From positions 1-64,000 of the forward strand of contig NW_026929514.1 of NCBI RefSeq assembly GCF_032062105.1: a DNA stretch of 64,000 nucleotides, read 5' to 3'. Source of the DNA: Saccostrea cucullata. Lineage: Eukaryota. Of the stretch, positions 34,301 to 47,000 are shown piece by piece (within the stretch, counting starts at the first letter, position 1; every line of letters begins with the position of its first letter). Below the pieces are notes generated by a model. That model saw nothing but the letters and a program-made list of their open reading frames with translations. It was not told where the DNA came from and searched no databases. Both the position numbers and the translations under genes were made by a program.

Positions 34301-37300
34301 ACTACACAGAATGGATATCAATGTCATTAAAGAAAAACAAACCCTTTACTTTAGTTTGCATGTCTTTATATGACTTTTTATTATGATCCTATTTTCAATT
34401 TTACATTGTGAGTAAGCTAGCTATCAGAGGCCTGTTCAACAGAATGAGTGCTCTCCAAACATTTCTATTGGAGGTATAAGAAATTTTGGCAAGTGCCCCC
34501 GAACGTTAGCTCTGTTGAACAGGCCTCTGTGTATTATTTTACCTTTACCTGCTGAAGCCTGAGATTTTCCTGTAGAACATCATTTTAGTTTTACATTTTG
34601 AGGAGTAAGCTACCTGTACATATCTTTACTGTCCATACCTGCTGAAGCCTGAGATTTTCCTGTAGAACATTGTACAGTTCCTCTTGACTCTGCTGTGTAA
34701 TGAGGACACTCTCTGCTGATGTGATACACCCACTACAAGCCAGACAATCATTCAGTGTAATCCGCGCTTTCTGCAGCTTCTTCTCTTCTCCACTCTAAAA
34801 GAAATTCTATTTTCAAATTGCAGATCTTGTATAAATATAAGTATTTTACATATATTATGATATGTATGTTACAAGAAATACCGTAATTTCGAGATTATAG
34901 GTCGATGGGGTATATAGGTCGAAAGGCTCATTTTCAGCCTTAATTTTTGAAAAATCCTAAGATAGGACGAACTTACTATATAGGACGAGGCTTTGTTTCC
35001 CGTTTTCTAAAGATTCTTACGCAGATACAACGTATCAGAACAGGTAAACCCCTAAAATTACCGAGGTTATTCGTGACATGAACGTATCAAGAAAATAAAC
35101 ACGTATTTTAATGAGTATAGCATTTAAATAAAGTTTTTTAAAAAAATGTAGTTAAAACTTCTTTTAATTGTGTTACTTCTTATTTTTCTCCAACTTGCCT
35201 GTTCAATGCCGCCATAGTTTCACACTGTTGTTAAATCAGATGCATAAATAACACGTAAATATGTTATTATTTTACAGCTATAGTTCGGGAAATACTCGAG
35301 ACCAAAGAATAGTAATTCCGATTTCAGAACAACTTGGACACATTCCTAATAAATTTTATTTAGACATTATTTACCGGTGGATGACAATTACTTCGATGTC
35401 CGCCATTTTTATTTTTCTTCTCCAGGGATTTGCTAAAACACGCAAATGACCATTGAATGTATATATCAAGCAACAGTAAAGAATTGAAATCATATTAACA
35501 CTCTATAGTTTAATTTATAAATTTAATTGAGAGTACATTCACAATTTGACTGTCAACATGAATTTCATGGCTTTGTTTGTTCAATGATGTGTAACACTAA
35601 TACCCTATAATGGCACGTGGGTTTCTTAATCATGCCCCGCAGGCATTTAAACTATACACAGGGGTTTATGCAAGCTATTCCCACTTTTTGAAAATCAGGT
35701 AGAAAAAGGTGAAATTTCACGTGGGAGTAGGTGGAATTTTTGTGTAAACCAGAAGTCTCTGTCGAGACTGAAGCTCTACTGGTTTGAACTTATAGCAAAG
35801 GAAAAGAAAAGTAAAGAAAAGCAGCTGGGATTTGAAATTTTACAACAGCAATAAATAGAATAATGATCGTTGATAAAGTCTCTTTATGTTCTTAGTGTAG
35901 TCTACTTGTGTGCCAAGTTATGCTGAAATCAGACCAAAACTGTAGGAGGAGTAGCATTTTGAAACAATTTTACAGTCATTTCTATTTTTAGTAACCATGG
36001 CAACACCGTTCATCAAAATTAAAATTAAAATTCGATACACAGAATTATGTATCTTAGTGTATTCTACTTAGTGTGCCAAGTTATACTGAAATCAGACCAA
36101 AACTGTAGGAGGAGTAGCATTTTGAAACAATTTTACAGATATTTCTATTTTTAGTAACCACGGCAACACCGTTCATCGAAATCAAAAACCAATATACAGA
36201 ATTATGTATCTTAGTGTATTCTACTTGTGTGCCAAGTTATACTGAAATCAGACCAAAACTGTAGGAGGAGTAGCATTTTGAAAGAATTTCACAGAAATTT
36301 CTATTTTTAGTAACCACGGCAACACCGTTCATCGAAATCAAAAACCGATAGACAGAATTATGTATCTTAGTGTAGTCTACTTGTGTGCCAAGTTATACTG
36401 AAATCAGACCAAAACTGTAGGAGGAGTAGCATTTTGAAAGAATTTCACAGAAATTTCTATTTTTAGTAACCACGGCAACACCGTTCATCGAAATCAAAAA
36501 CCGATACACAGATTTATGTATCTTAGTGTAGTCTACTTGTGTGCCAAGTTATACTGAAATCAGACCAAAACTGTAGGAGGAGTAGCATTTTGAAAGAATT
36601 TCACAGAAATTTCTATTTTTAGTAACCACGGCAACACCGTTCATCGAAATCAAAAACCGATACACAGATTTATGTATCTTAGTGTAGTCTACTTGTGTGC
36701 CAAGTTATACTGAAATCAGACCAAAACTGTAGGAGGAGTAGCATTTTGAAAGAATTTCACAGAAATTTCTATTTTTAGTAACCACGGCAACACCGTTCAT
36801 CAAAATCAAAAACCGATAAACAGAACTATGTATCTTAGTGTAGTCTACTTGTGTGCCAAGTTATACTGAAATCAGACCAAAACTGTAGGAGGAGTAGCAT
36901 TTTGAAAGAATTTCACAGAAATTTCTATTTTTAGTAACCACGGCAACACCGTTCATCGAAATCAAAAACCAATATACAGAATTATGTATCTTAGTGTAGT
37001 CTACTTGTGTGCCAAGTTATATTGAAATTAGACCAAAACTGTAGGAGGAGTAGCATTTTGAAAAATTGTTTACAGACAGACGGACAGACAGACAGACAGA
37101 CGGACGGACGGACGGACGCCGGACGCATTACTATCGCATAAGCTCTTCTGGTCTCTGACCAGTAGAGCTAACAAAATATTAGCTGAATAAACATGTCATT
37201 ACTGTGAAAACAGTAATTATTTAACCTCTGGGAGTAGAGGACAGGTAAATTTGCTATCTTGAATTATAAAATCTGGCTTTTTACTACTATTTCAATGAGA

Positions 37301-40300
37301 AATTAGACTTTTTCAAATAAAAATAATTTTTTTTTTTTTTTTTTTAATCTGACTTTTTACTTCTATTTCAATGAGAAATAAGACTTTTTCAAATAAAAAT
37401 ATTTTTCATAATAATTTTACACATTCAAAAATTAAAGTATATATTTCAGTGAATTTAAGTATATTTTAAATATTTTCTTGATAAATATATTTATTTTCTG
37501 TCTTAAAATGTACAAAATAGTGGTAAAATAGAGGTAAATCTGAGATGGGATGTAATTAGTCTAATTACTGTAAAAACCAATTAACTAATCAAAACATCTA
37601 TTGTTATTTGCAAGTGGGAATAGGTGGAATTGGGATTTTTAAAAAGTGGGAATAGCTAGAAGACACCTACACAGGTGTTATAACACCTTTGCGTACACAG
37701 TGTAAATCCCTTTACCTGTCAGACAGTTAAAAATTCTGTTAGAAGCCAATCTTTGTATCGGTATATTCAAGATAAGTTCGTTTGACCGGTATTACAATTA
37801 ATTAAAATTAAAAAAACACGGTAATGACTAGCGACTTTTTTTTGGTAATTAAATTTAGGAATTGAATGGCAACAAATTATTTCACTCACTTTACATTTAA
37901 ATAAAGATAAGACAATAAAAAATATTTAATATACTATTTCAATTTATTGCTACTAATAAATAGTAAAAACACTACAGTTGTGATCGTGAAAAATTTCCGT
38001 ATTTTAAATTTTGATACGGTTGCGGTTTTACTTTTAGTACACGATCGCGACTTCCTAACTTCACAAGATGGATACCGCATGATGTTAATGGACAATACGT
38101 TGAGGAATTATTTAATAGATGAAGCAATGTTGTTTTCCTTTGTCATCAACGGATAATTAATGGAATTTATTTTGTAAGAAAGCTATAGAATAAATATTTT
38201 ATTGTTTACCGGGGCATTAATTTTTTTGCGAAAAATAATCAAAAAAGTTACGAAAGTGGCACAAATTTGCTTTGAAATTGACGTAAATTTTACTGATTAG
38301 GGGGCATTTTTCGTAAACTTGAGCCTTAAATAGGTCGAATTCTGTATATTGGGCAACCCCAGCGGTTTTGAGAAAAAAAGTATCGACCTATATTCCGTAA
38401 ATTACGGTATCTACTGGTACAACTTTTACTATATTCTTTTTCTCATATATATGTCTCAAAACCATTTACAGTACTGTCGTTATCTGAATCATATGATTGA
38501 AATTGTGCAATTATAGGTAGAAAGTTTCATTCGTCATGAAAATTAATGGTTGCATATGGGTTTTAAGACTGACAAAAAGTAAAAACTATCAACTAAAAAG
38601 TTTGTTTACCTCCGCTACTTCCATATAAGAACCATCATCCTCTATTCTTATTTTAGCTACTTTTCCTGGCTTTCTGTCAATCTTAACTGGCTTGACACAC
38701 TCCTTCAAAATAAGCAAATTTTAAAACAATATTTAAGCATGCACAGTGAGTTACTGACAGGATAAATTTAAAACAAGTGAAATATGTTTAATTTTTAAGA
38801 TAGCGAAATAGTCTTGCAAGGACATCATTCACAGCTATCATCTTTCCTATCTGGATACAATGAACTAATCTATCAGACAGTTGCAGAATTATTTTTTTTC
38901 ATTGAAACTTGTGATTAATATTAAATACGGGTACCAGAACTACATGTATCAGTGTGACAAAATGAACTAATCTATCAAAAGTTGCAGATTTTTCCTTTCT
39001 TTGAAAATTACAGTAAAACTCGGTTATAGCGAAGTCTTCGGGACCTGTGAATTTAATTCGCTATATCCATAATTCGTTATATCCGTATAACGAATTCGTA
39101 TAACCATTATAGCGAATTTGCAATATGCGTGTTTTCCTTCAGGTTTTACTACCAAATATATTAGGGAAGCAAATATAACAAAACATATCTTTGATAACTA
39201 AGGTTTTATTATGAAATGAACTTTATATACAAATGCTAAAAGGAAATCAAGTCAGTTCAATTTATCAATTTTTTTTATAATCTTGGAAAGTTCGTTATAA
39301 AAGATGTAAATTTCATCATATTTAACCTCAACGGGACTCAAAATCAGTTCGCTATATCCGTAAATTCGTTGTATCAGAGTTCGTTATAACTGTAAATTTT
39401 TACAAAGATTTGTTAACAATTTTGCTGGGGACCCAGGAAAACTTCGCTTTATCCGTGAATTCGCTATATCCGTGTTTGTACTAAACGAGTTTTACTGTAT
39501 CATCTACATTAGTATGAAACTTCTAGTGTTCATGCATTTCTCCATACATATATGTAATCATGAAAAAAGGTGAAAAAGCAGTCTAAGAATGATAAATCAC
39601 AACCAGGCCCCATGACCATAAACTGAGAATAAACTTAAGTCAGAATTTTAAATCAATATAACTTTTGAGAGAAAAAAAAGATAATGAAACTAATTTTGCA
39701 TCATTTGTTGGAATCTGAATATAGACGAATTTCACATTCCTAAGAGTTATCTCCCGTTGTCAGCGTAACGCTCATTTTTCCCACTTTGTCCTTTGTAAGT
39801 TACTTGTTAATATTTTTTATCTTCAAATGTTATCACACAATTTCGATCTGTACCTGTATTGCCAGAATATGGGGCAACATGAAAAACGTAATGAACATAT
39901 TCATACAGATTTTATTTCTGAGATCATACTGACCCATAAAGTTGGTAAGGTTATTGAGGGAAAACAGTGTCTTACGCCGGTTGACCCAGATTGACCCCGC
40001 AAAAGGGAATAACTTTTGTAAATATGAGAGTCGTCTATTATACATAATAGGTTTAGCTAAGTTTTGTAAAACTGTTCTTAAAACATTTAATACCTGAACT
40101 TCCTACGATGTAAACTTTTTTTTTATTTTTGTACAGGGTTAGGGTTAGGGTTAGGGGGTTAGGGTTAGGGTTATCCATCAGTACTGTCCATATCAAAGAT
40201 CTTTTTCTTGTTCATCATGTTAACTGTTCACATTTTTACTTGTTCAATTGTTAAATTCTTGTTGTACTAACATACCCCATGTGGGGGCTTTAGTGAAATA

Positions 40301-40719
40301 AAAAGTTTCAAGTTTCAAAGTTTCATAACTGCAAAATTTTAAGTACATATTTTATATAAAACCAAGTTATTCAGAATCAAAATTTTAACTTAAGTCTTTT
40401 CTCTTTTCTCATTTCATGGTCATGGGGCCAGGCCACGTATTAATTATCGTCTATAACAAACAAGGCCAGCTTATCAACCCTTCCCAATGAGGTCGGGTTC
40501 GGAATTCTCCGAAGTAGCTAGCCTAAAACACTACACCGTGAGAATACTACGTATTTCAAATCCTTGCAAATATGAAAGGGGCTAATTTTGTAATTGTAAA
40601 GTGCATAAACATGTAAGAAATTCATATAGAATACATAGAATTCCCTTAACAACCTGTGAAGGAGTGATAAAGTCATTTAAATCCGTTAACTGCAGTGCCC
40701 CACTGAAGTTGGAAGCCAT
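28324..40719 (-). CDS. CIAO3: Cytosolic Fe-S assembly component 3 (NARFL/IOP1/Nar1). Exons 40719-40654, 38702-38610, 34794-34639, 34216-34084, 33972-33838, 33552-33304, 33108-33036, 29334-29191, 28723-28324
   Basis: [77 protein letters not shown] and C-terminal W; phases consistent. Confidence 0.95.
29038..29227 (-). repeat. 48-bp tandem repeat x4 of CIAO3 exon-8 end plus GTAAGT donor
   Basis: Donor GTs at 29190, 29142, 29094 and 29046. Confidence 0.9.
30066..31373 (-). mobile_element. pearl/CvA-like HINE with about 6 core repeats of 166 bp (Cg170-like length)
   Basis: Same termini as 21790-22822 in reverse; 166-bp period. Confidence 0.85.
32340..32950 (+). mobile_element. Two adjacent HINE fragments (2 x about 158-bp repeat, microsatellite and terminal hairpin; then a short core-less element)
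   Basis: (GACA/GACG)n followed by tagggcacccgcaaatccttgcggggcccta; second GACA tract and A-rich end near 32950. Confidence 0.65.
35663..37667. mobile_element. GG..CC-terminal element with 8-bp TSD TACACAGG
   Basis: TSD at 35655-35662 and 37668-37675; inverted agctattcccacttttt / aaaaagtgggaatagct. Confidence 0.7.
35880..37171 (+). repeat. HINE with about 7.5 copies of a 156-bp satellite unit
   Basis: 156-bp period, (GACA/GACG)n and 3' hairpin agctcttctggtctctgaccagtagagct. Confidence 0.9.
39011..39497. mobile_element. Tc1/pogo-type MITE
   Basis: ta|cagtaaaactcg ... cgagttttactg|ta; internal ttcgctatatccg repeats. Confidence 0.75.
39607..40428. mobile_element. Harbinger-like MITE (CAG TSD)
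   Basis: cag|gccccatgaccat ... atggtcatggggc|cag. Confidence 0.65.
40135..40173 (+). repeat. Interstitial telomere-like (TTAGGG)n tract
   Basis: cagggttagggttagggttagggggttagggttagggtta. Confidence 0.8.
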
Positions 40720-41037
40720 CTTAATTCTTTAGCCAATCAAATTACACTTCGCTAAGAGCTGGGTAAAACTAGGAATAAGTTAAATCAGATCATCGTTGAA
40801 ATAATTATTGACAATACATGAAAAGTCCTATTAATTATTTCGTATAAGCTTTGATTAAATTTAGTTTTGATCTTTGTATTTATCTCATTTTCTTTCCTTC
40901 ATCTGAAAATATTTTACAAACAAGACCGGAACGGTTCAGAAAATACTAACCTGAATCCTACATCCGCTGTAAACATTTGCAAGCATGTCGAAGATGTTCA
41001 TGATGTTGTGACTTTTTTACTGCATTAAACAACGAAA
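40720..41037. promoter_or_regulatory. Bidirectional promoter CIAO3/MLST8
   Basis: 318 bp between divergent ATGs; AGCCAATC at 40731-40738; YY1-like AAGATGGC overlapping the CIAO3 ATG. Confidence 0.6.
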
Positions 41038-44000
41038 ATGAGTGGACAGAAGGGCAACAACGACCCTGTCATACTGGCGACAGCAGGATACGACCACACT
41101 ATACGGTTCTGGCAGGCACACACAGGAATATGTTACAGAACTGTCCAGCACCCTGACTCTGTATCCTGAAAAAAAATATGTAAATTTAGGTTAATCTCTA
41201 AATTATTTTATTGTATTGCTTTATGTTTTGTCAATGTCTCTGGCTTTATCTTTTGAATGAACTTAGTTTAAAAAAAAACTACATAAAGAATTGAATTAAT
41301 TGCCTTAACATGATGCAGCAAGTGAATGCTTTGGAAATCACTCCTGACAAGCAGATGATAGCAGCTGCAGGTAAAACTTGATTTATATGTATTTTTCTTT
41401 TGTATTCTAATTTTGAATTCAGTTTACAATTTGACAAAATAATATTCCCTAGCCTTTATTAATTTAAAGATTTAGTTTCCCAATTAAAAAAATTTTAGTC
41501 AGTCATACATATGTACAGTATGTGTAATATGCAGATGTATTTTTTCTTTTTATCATATTTTATTTTATTCTTTCAGGATATCAACACATACGAATGTACG
41601 ACCTGAACTCTGATAATCCTAACCCTGTTGTAAACTATGACGGTATCCAGAAAAACGTCACCAGTGTCGGCTTCCATGAGGAGGGAAAATGGATGTACAC
41701 TGGCGGAGAGGACAACACGGTCCGCATCTGGGATCTCAGGTTAAAAATAACTTATACAAATGATTTAGATTTAGCAAATTATTCTACGGAATTTTAATAG
41801 TTTTCAACTGTTAATTCAAAGAACATGCATCAGTATTTGATATATGCCTGTGTTTTTCAGAACAAGGAGTTTGCAGTGTCAAAGAATATTTCAGGCCAAT
41901 GCTCCAGTAAATTGTGTGTGTTTACATCCCAACCAGGTTTGTTAAATTCATTTTGTAAGCCTTAAATTTTTATTAAGAATTCGAAGAGAATTTTATTCCT
42001 GGTGATGATTCTGTTCACATCATAATGAGTCTTATGTTTGATAAAGACAAAATTTTCATCACTATGTTTTTCTTTTCGTGTATTTTTTTAAGGGAGAAAT
42101 ATTTGTTGGAGATCAGAATGGCAAAATACACATCTGGGATCTGAAGACAGATAGCAGTGAAAATTTGGTAAATGATGTTTAATAGATATAATTTTATTCA
42201 TAATAATACAAACAAGTTTACAGTGTAGTTGATTTGCTTTGCTTTCTTATCATGCCTTACCTGGCCGTAAATTTCGGTTACAAGGAAGTTATGGGGATAT
42301 TGAATTTTGTGCACTCAATTTTATACAGGTATATAAGATAATTAAGAGACACGGTGAAAAGTCCTTTATGAGATTTCTAAAATATTCCTAATATAAATCA
42401 ACATTTCCTTCTAAAGAGAGTTTTTTAAAACCTAGTTCTACTGGACATGTAGCAGCAGTACCTACTGCTTAAGTATCACTGACTGTCTTGACAATTTTTT
42501 CAGACTCCAGAAAAGGATGCTTCCATTCAATCCATCAGTATAGACCCAATGGGAACAATGATGTCAGCCATTAACAATAAGGTAAGGGAGAGAAATCACT
42601 TATTGCTTAACAAAGACCCCTCAATTATTTTATTCATTTCAGGAGTAAAAAATCTCTTAAAAACATTATTTAAAATTTTAATGTGCACCTTGGCAGTTGG
42701 CACCACAAATTGTTGAATAAATGCACCATTTTTCACTTCAGTGGGACTGGTGCAAGCCATTCTGAGGCAGTTTTGTTTTACAGTGTATGTGTTTGTTAGA
42801 TAATATGTTTAGTTATTAAGACTGTGTCACATTTAACAGGGAATGTGCTATATATGGACTCTGTCTGGAGGAAGGGGGACAGATCCAGTTAAAGTTCACT
42901 TAAAAAATAACTTTGAAGCTCACTCTAAGTATGGAATTAAATGCCTGTTCAGTCCAGATTCAACGTAAGTATATGCACTAGGTTAATTAATGTGGGGAAA
43001 CTCTGAAAAGGGACAAATATTATATATCTGTAACAAAGGCTTGGTATCTGCTGGGAATTTTGTGTTGTGATTTACTGTGACATTATGAACTGTATCACAA
43101 TGTTGAATTGCAATACTTTAAATATTATACATATTAAAATTACTTTTTATTAACATCCATCTATAAGCAGAGTATACTGTAAAAGCACAAATATTCGTGG
43201 GGGATTAAATTTCGTTTATTTCGTTGTTTACAATATTCAACGAAATTAAATCCCACACGAAATTTTATTTGACTATACACTGAATAGGGTTACTTTCAAA
43301 ACAACGAAATTAAATGCCCACAAAACTATTTTTGAAGACAAAACAACGAAATTTTATGCCCACGAAAATTTGTGCTTCTACAGTATTTAACTTTTATAAA
43401 TATCTTTCAACAACAAAAAATTCAGGTTGATTTCACAACAGTTTTGCAAAGAAATGCAATTATACAACAGCAATCTTACTCTTCCCATGGCATGATGAAG
43501 AATATTTACGACAGCTTTAATTTCATATTTTACACTAGAAATCCCAAATCCAAGCATTTTCCTAGTACATTGTACATGGCTAAAAAAACATAGCATTTTT
43601 TGTCAACAAATCACAATATACCAGATTATTGATAATATTTGGCAGCCCTTACTCTGACCCATATTTTGATTATCTCCTTTAAACATATTTTCCAAAATGT
43701 CTAAAAACATAAAATATTTGTGAAAAGTACATGAAAAACCTTTATTGAATGAATAAGAAAATCAATCATTATGGGGAATAGACATCCATTACTACAGCTC
43801 TAAAGAATGCTCTTTTTAAAAAAAAATACACTGGTAAATATTTTACACTGTTTTGTAATGGAGAGATGTGACTTCTGATTGGATAATTTCTAGGCTACTG
43901 GCCACCACATCTGCTGACCAGACCTGTAAGATCTGGAGGACAGCTGACCACACACTAATGACAGAACTCAAGGAGAACACTCAGAGATGGGTGTGGGACT

Positions 44001-47000
44001 GTGCCTTCAGTGGGGACTCACAGTACATCATAACAGGTGAGAACTACAAACTGAGTAACACTCAGAGATGGATGTGGGACTGTGCCTTCAGTGGGGACTC
44101 ACAATATATAATAACAGGTGAGTAATAGAAAATGAATACACTCATAGAGCTAAGAAATACTTAGAGAGCTGAGTAACTTTCAGAGATTGGTGTGGGACTG
44201 TGTTTTTAGCAGGGACTCACAGTACATCATAACAGGTGAGTTCTACAAATTGAGTAACACTCAGAGACTGAGTAACACTTGGAGATGGGTGTGGGACTGT
44301 GACTTTAGCGGGGACTCACAGTACATCATAAGAGGTCAGTTCTACAAACTGATTAGCACTCAGAGCTGAGTAACACTCAGAAAGGTGAGTAACACTCAGA
44401 GAGGTGAGTAACACTCAGACATGGGTTTGGGACTGTGCCTTTAGTGGGGACTCTACATCATAACAGGTGAGTTCTACAAACTGAGTAATGCTCAGAGAGC
44501 TAAGTAACACTCAAAGAGCTGAGTAACACTCAGAGATGGGTGTGGGACTGTGACTTTAGCGGGGACTCACAGTACATCATAACAGGTGAGTTCTACAAAC
44601 TGAGTAACACTCAGAGATGGGTAACACTCAGAGAGCTGAGTAACACTCAGAAAGGTGAGTAACACTCAGAGAGGTGAGTAACACTCACGGAGGGAAGCAA
44701 CACTCGGAGATGGGTGTGGGACTGTGCCTTTAGGGTGGACTCATATCATATCAGATAAATCTTACAAAATGAGTAACAGAGAGATAGTGTGGGATTGGAA
44801 AGTTGGAAAAAGCATGTGATTTTTAGCTCTACTGGTCAGAGACCAGAAGAGCTTATGCGATGCATAATGATGTAAGCGTCCAACTGTATCCGTATTTTTT
44901 TGTCTGTCTGTCTGTCTGTCTGTAAACAATTTTTCAAAATGCTACTCCTATTAGAGTTTTGGTCCGATTTCAATATAACTTGGCACACAAGTAGACTACA
45001 CTAAGATACATAATTTGGTGCATCGGTTTTTGATTTCGATGAACGGCGTTGCCATGGTTACTAAAAATAGAAATTTCTGTGAACTTCTTTCAAAATGCTA
45101 CTCCTCTTACAATTTTGGTCCGATTTCAATATAACTTGCAACACAAGTAGACTACACTAAGATACATAATTCTGTGCATCGGTTTTTGATTTTGATGAAC
45201 GGTGTTGCCATGGTTACTAAAAATAGAAATTTCTGTGAACTTCTTTCAAAATGCTACTCCTCTTGCAGTTTTGGTCCGATTTCAATATAACTTGGCACAC
45301 AAGTACTACACTAAGATACATAATTCTGTGCATCGGTTTTTGATTTCGATGAACGGTGTTGCCATGGTTACTAAAAATAGAAATTTCTGTGAACTTCTTT
45401 CAAAATGCTACTCCTCTTACAATTTTGGTCCGATTTCAATATAACTTGGCACACAAGTAGACTACACTAAGATACATAATTTTGTGCATCGGTTTTTGAT
45501 TTCGATGAACGGTGTTACCATGGTTACTAAAAATAGAAATTTCTGTGAACTTCTTTCAAAATGCTACTCCTCTTACAGTTTTGGTCCGATTTCAATATAA
45601 CTTGGCACACAAGTAGACTACACTAAGATACATAATTCTGTGCATCGGTTTTTGATTTTGATGAACGGTGTTGCCATGGTTACTAAAAATAGAAATTTCT
45701 GTGAACTTCTTTCAAAATGCTACTCCTCAGACAGTTTTGGTCCATTTCAATATAACTTGGCACACAAGTAGACTACACTAAGATACATAATTCTGTGCAT
45801 CGGTTTTTGATTTTGATGAACGGTGTTGCCATGGTTACTAAAAATAGAAATTTCTGTGAACTTCTTTCAAAATGCTACTCCTCTTACAGTTTTGTGTGGG
45901 ATTTCAATATAACTTGGCACACAAGTAGACTACACTAAGATACATAATTCTGTGCATCGGTTTTTGATTTTGATGAACGGTGTTGCCATGGTTACTAAAA
46001 ATAGAAATTTCTGTGAACTTCTTTCAAAATGCTACTCCTCTTACAGTTTTGGTCCGATTTCAATATAACTTGGCACACAAGTAGACTACACTAAGATACA
46101 TAATTCTGTGCATCGGTTTTTGATTTCGATGAACGGTGTTGCCATGGTTACTAATAATAGAAATTTCTGTGAAATTTTATTTTAAATACTACTTGTCCAC
46201 CAGTTTTGTTCTGATTTCAATATAATGTGGCACACAAGTAGACTACACTAAGATACATAATTCTGTGCATCGGTTTTTGATTTCGAGGACCGGTGTTGCC
46301 ATGGTTACTAAAAATAGAAATTTCTGTGAAATTTTATTTTAAATACTACTCGTCCACCAGTTTTGTTCTGATTTCAATATAATGTGGCACACAAGTAGAC
46401 TACACTAAGATACATAATTCTTGGCATCGGTTTTTGATTTTGATGAACGGTGTTGCCATGGTTGCGAAAAATAGAAATTTATGTGAAATTCTTTCAAATG
46501 CTACTCCTCCTTTAGTTTTGGTCCGATTTTAATATAACTTGGCACACAAGTAGTAGGGATGGGTATCGCTAAAAATTTCGTATCGCGATATATCACGATT
46601 TTTTCCCATAATATCATGATAAAATCGTGATATTTTTAAAAGCAGTTTTTACAATGATTTTATATGAAAAGTCATTATTTTTTGAAAAAAAATGTATGAA
46701 AAACAAAATTTTATTTTTTGAAATATTTATGTATATAAAATCCACTATGTTTGGACGATAAGATGCCGTTATTTTCACGTTTTACAACATTTTTATACTT
46801 TCTGCAATTGTAATTTGAAAAGATTAAACAAATAAATGAATAATTTCTGGACTTTATAATATGTACTTAAATAAAATTTAGGTCTCCGTATTGGAAAGAT
46901 CACGCAACAAAAAATCGCGATATACTGGTATACCGATAAAATCGCACATCCCTAACAAGTAGACTACACTAAGATACATAATTCTGTGCATCAGTTTTTA

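Larger units (their letters stand above)
34881..38407. mobile_element. pogo/Tigger-like non-autonomous element (CCGTA TIR, TA TSD) with nested insertions
   Basis: ta|ccgtaatttcgagattataggtcga ... tcgacctatattccgtaaaattacgg|ta. Confidence 0.7.

Noticed and set aside
35880-37066. CRISPR-like periodic array
   Set aside because: Head-to-tail satellite without unique spacers; eukaryotic context and no cas genes.
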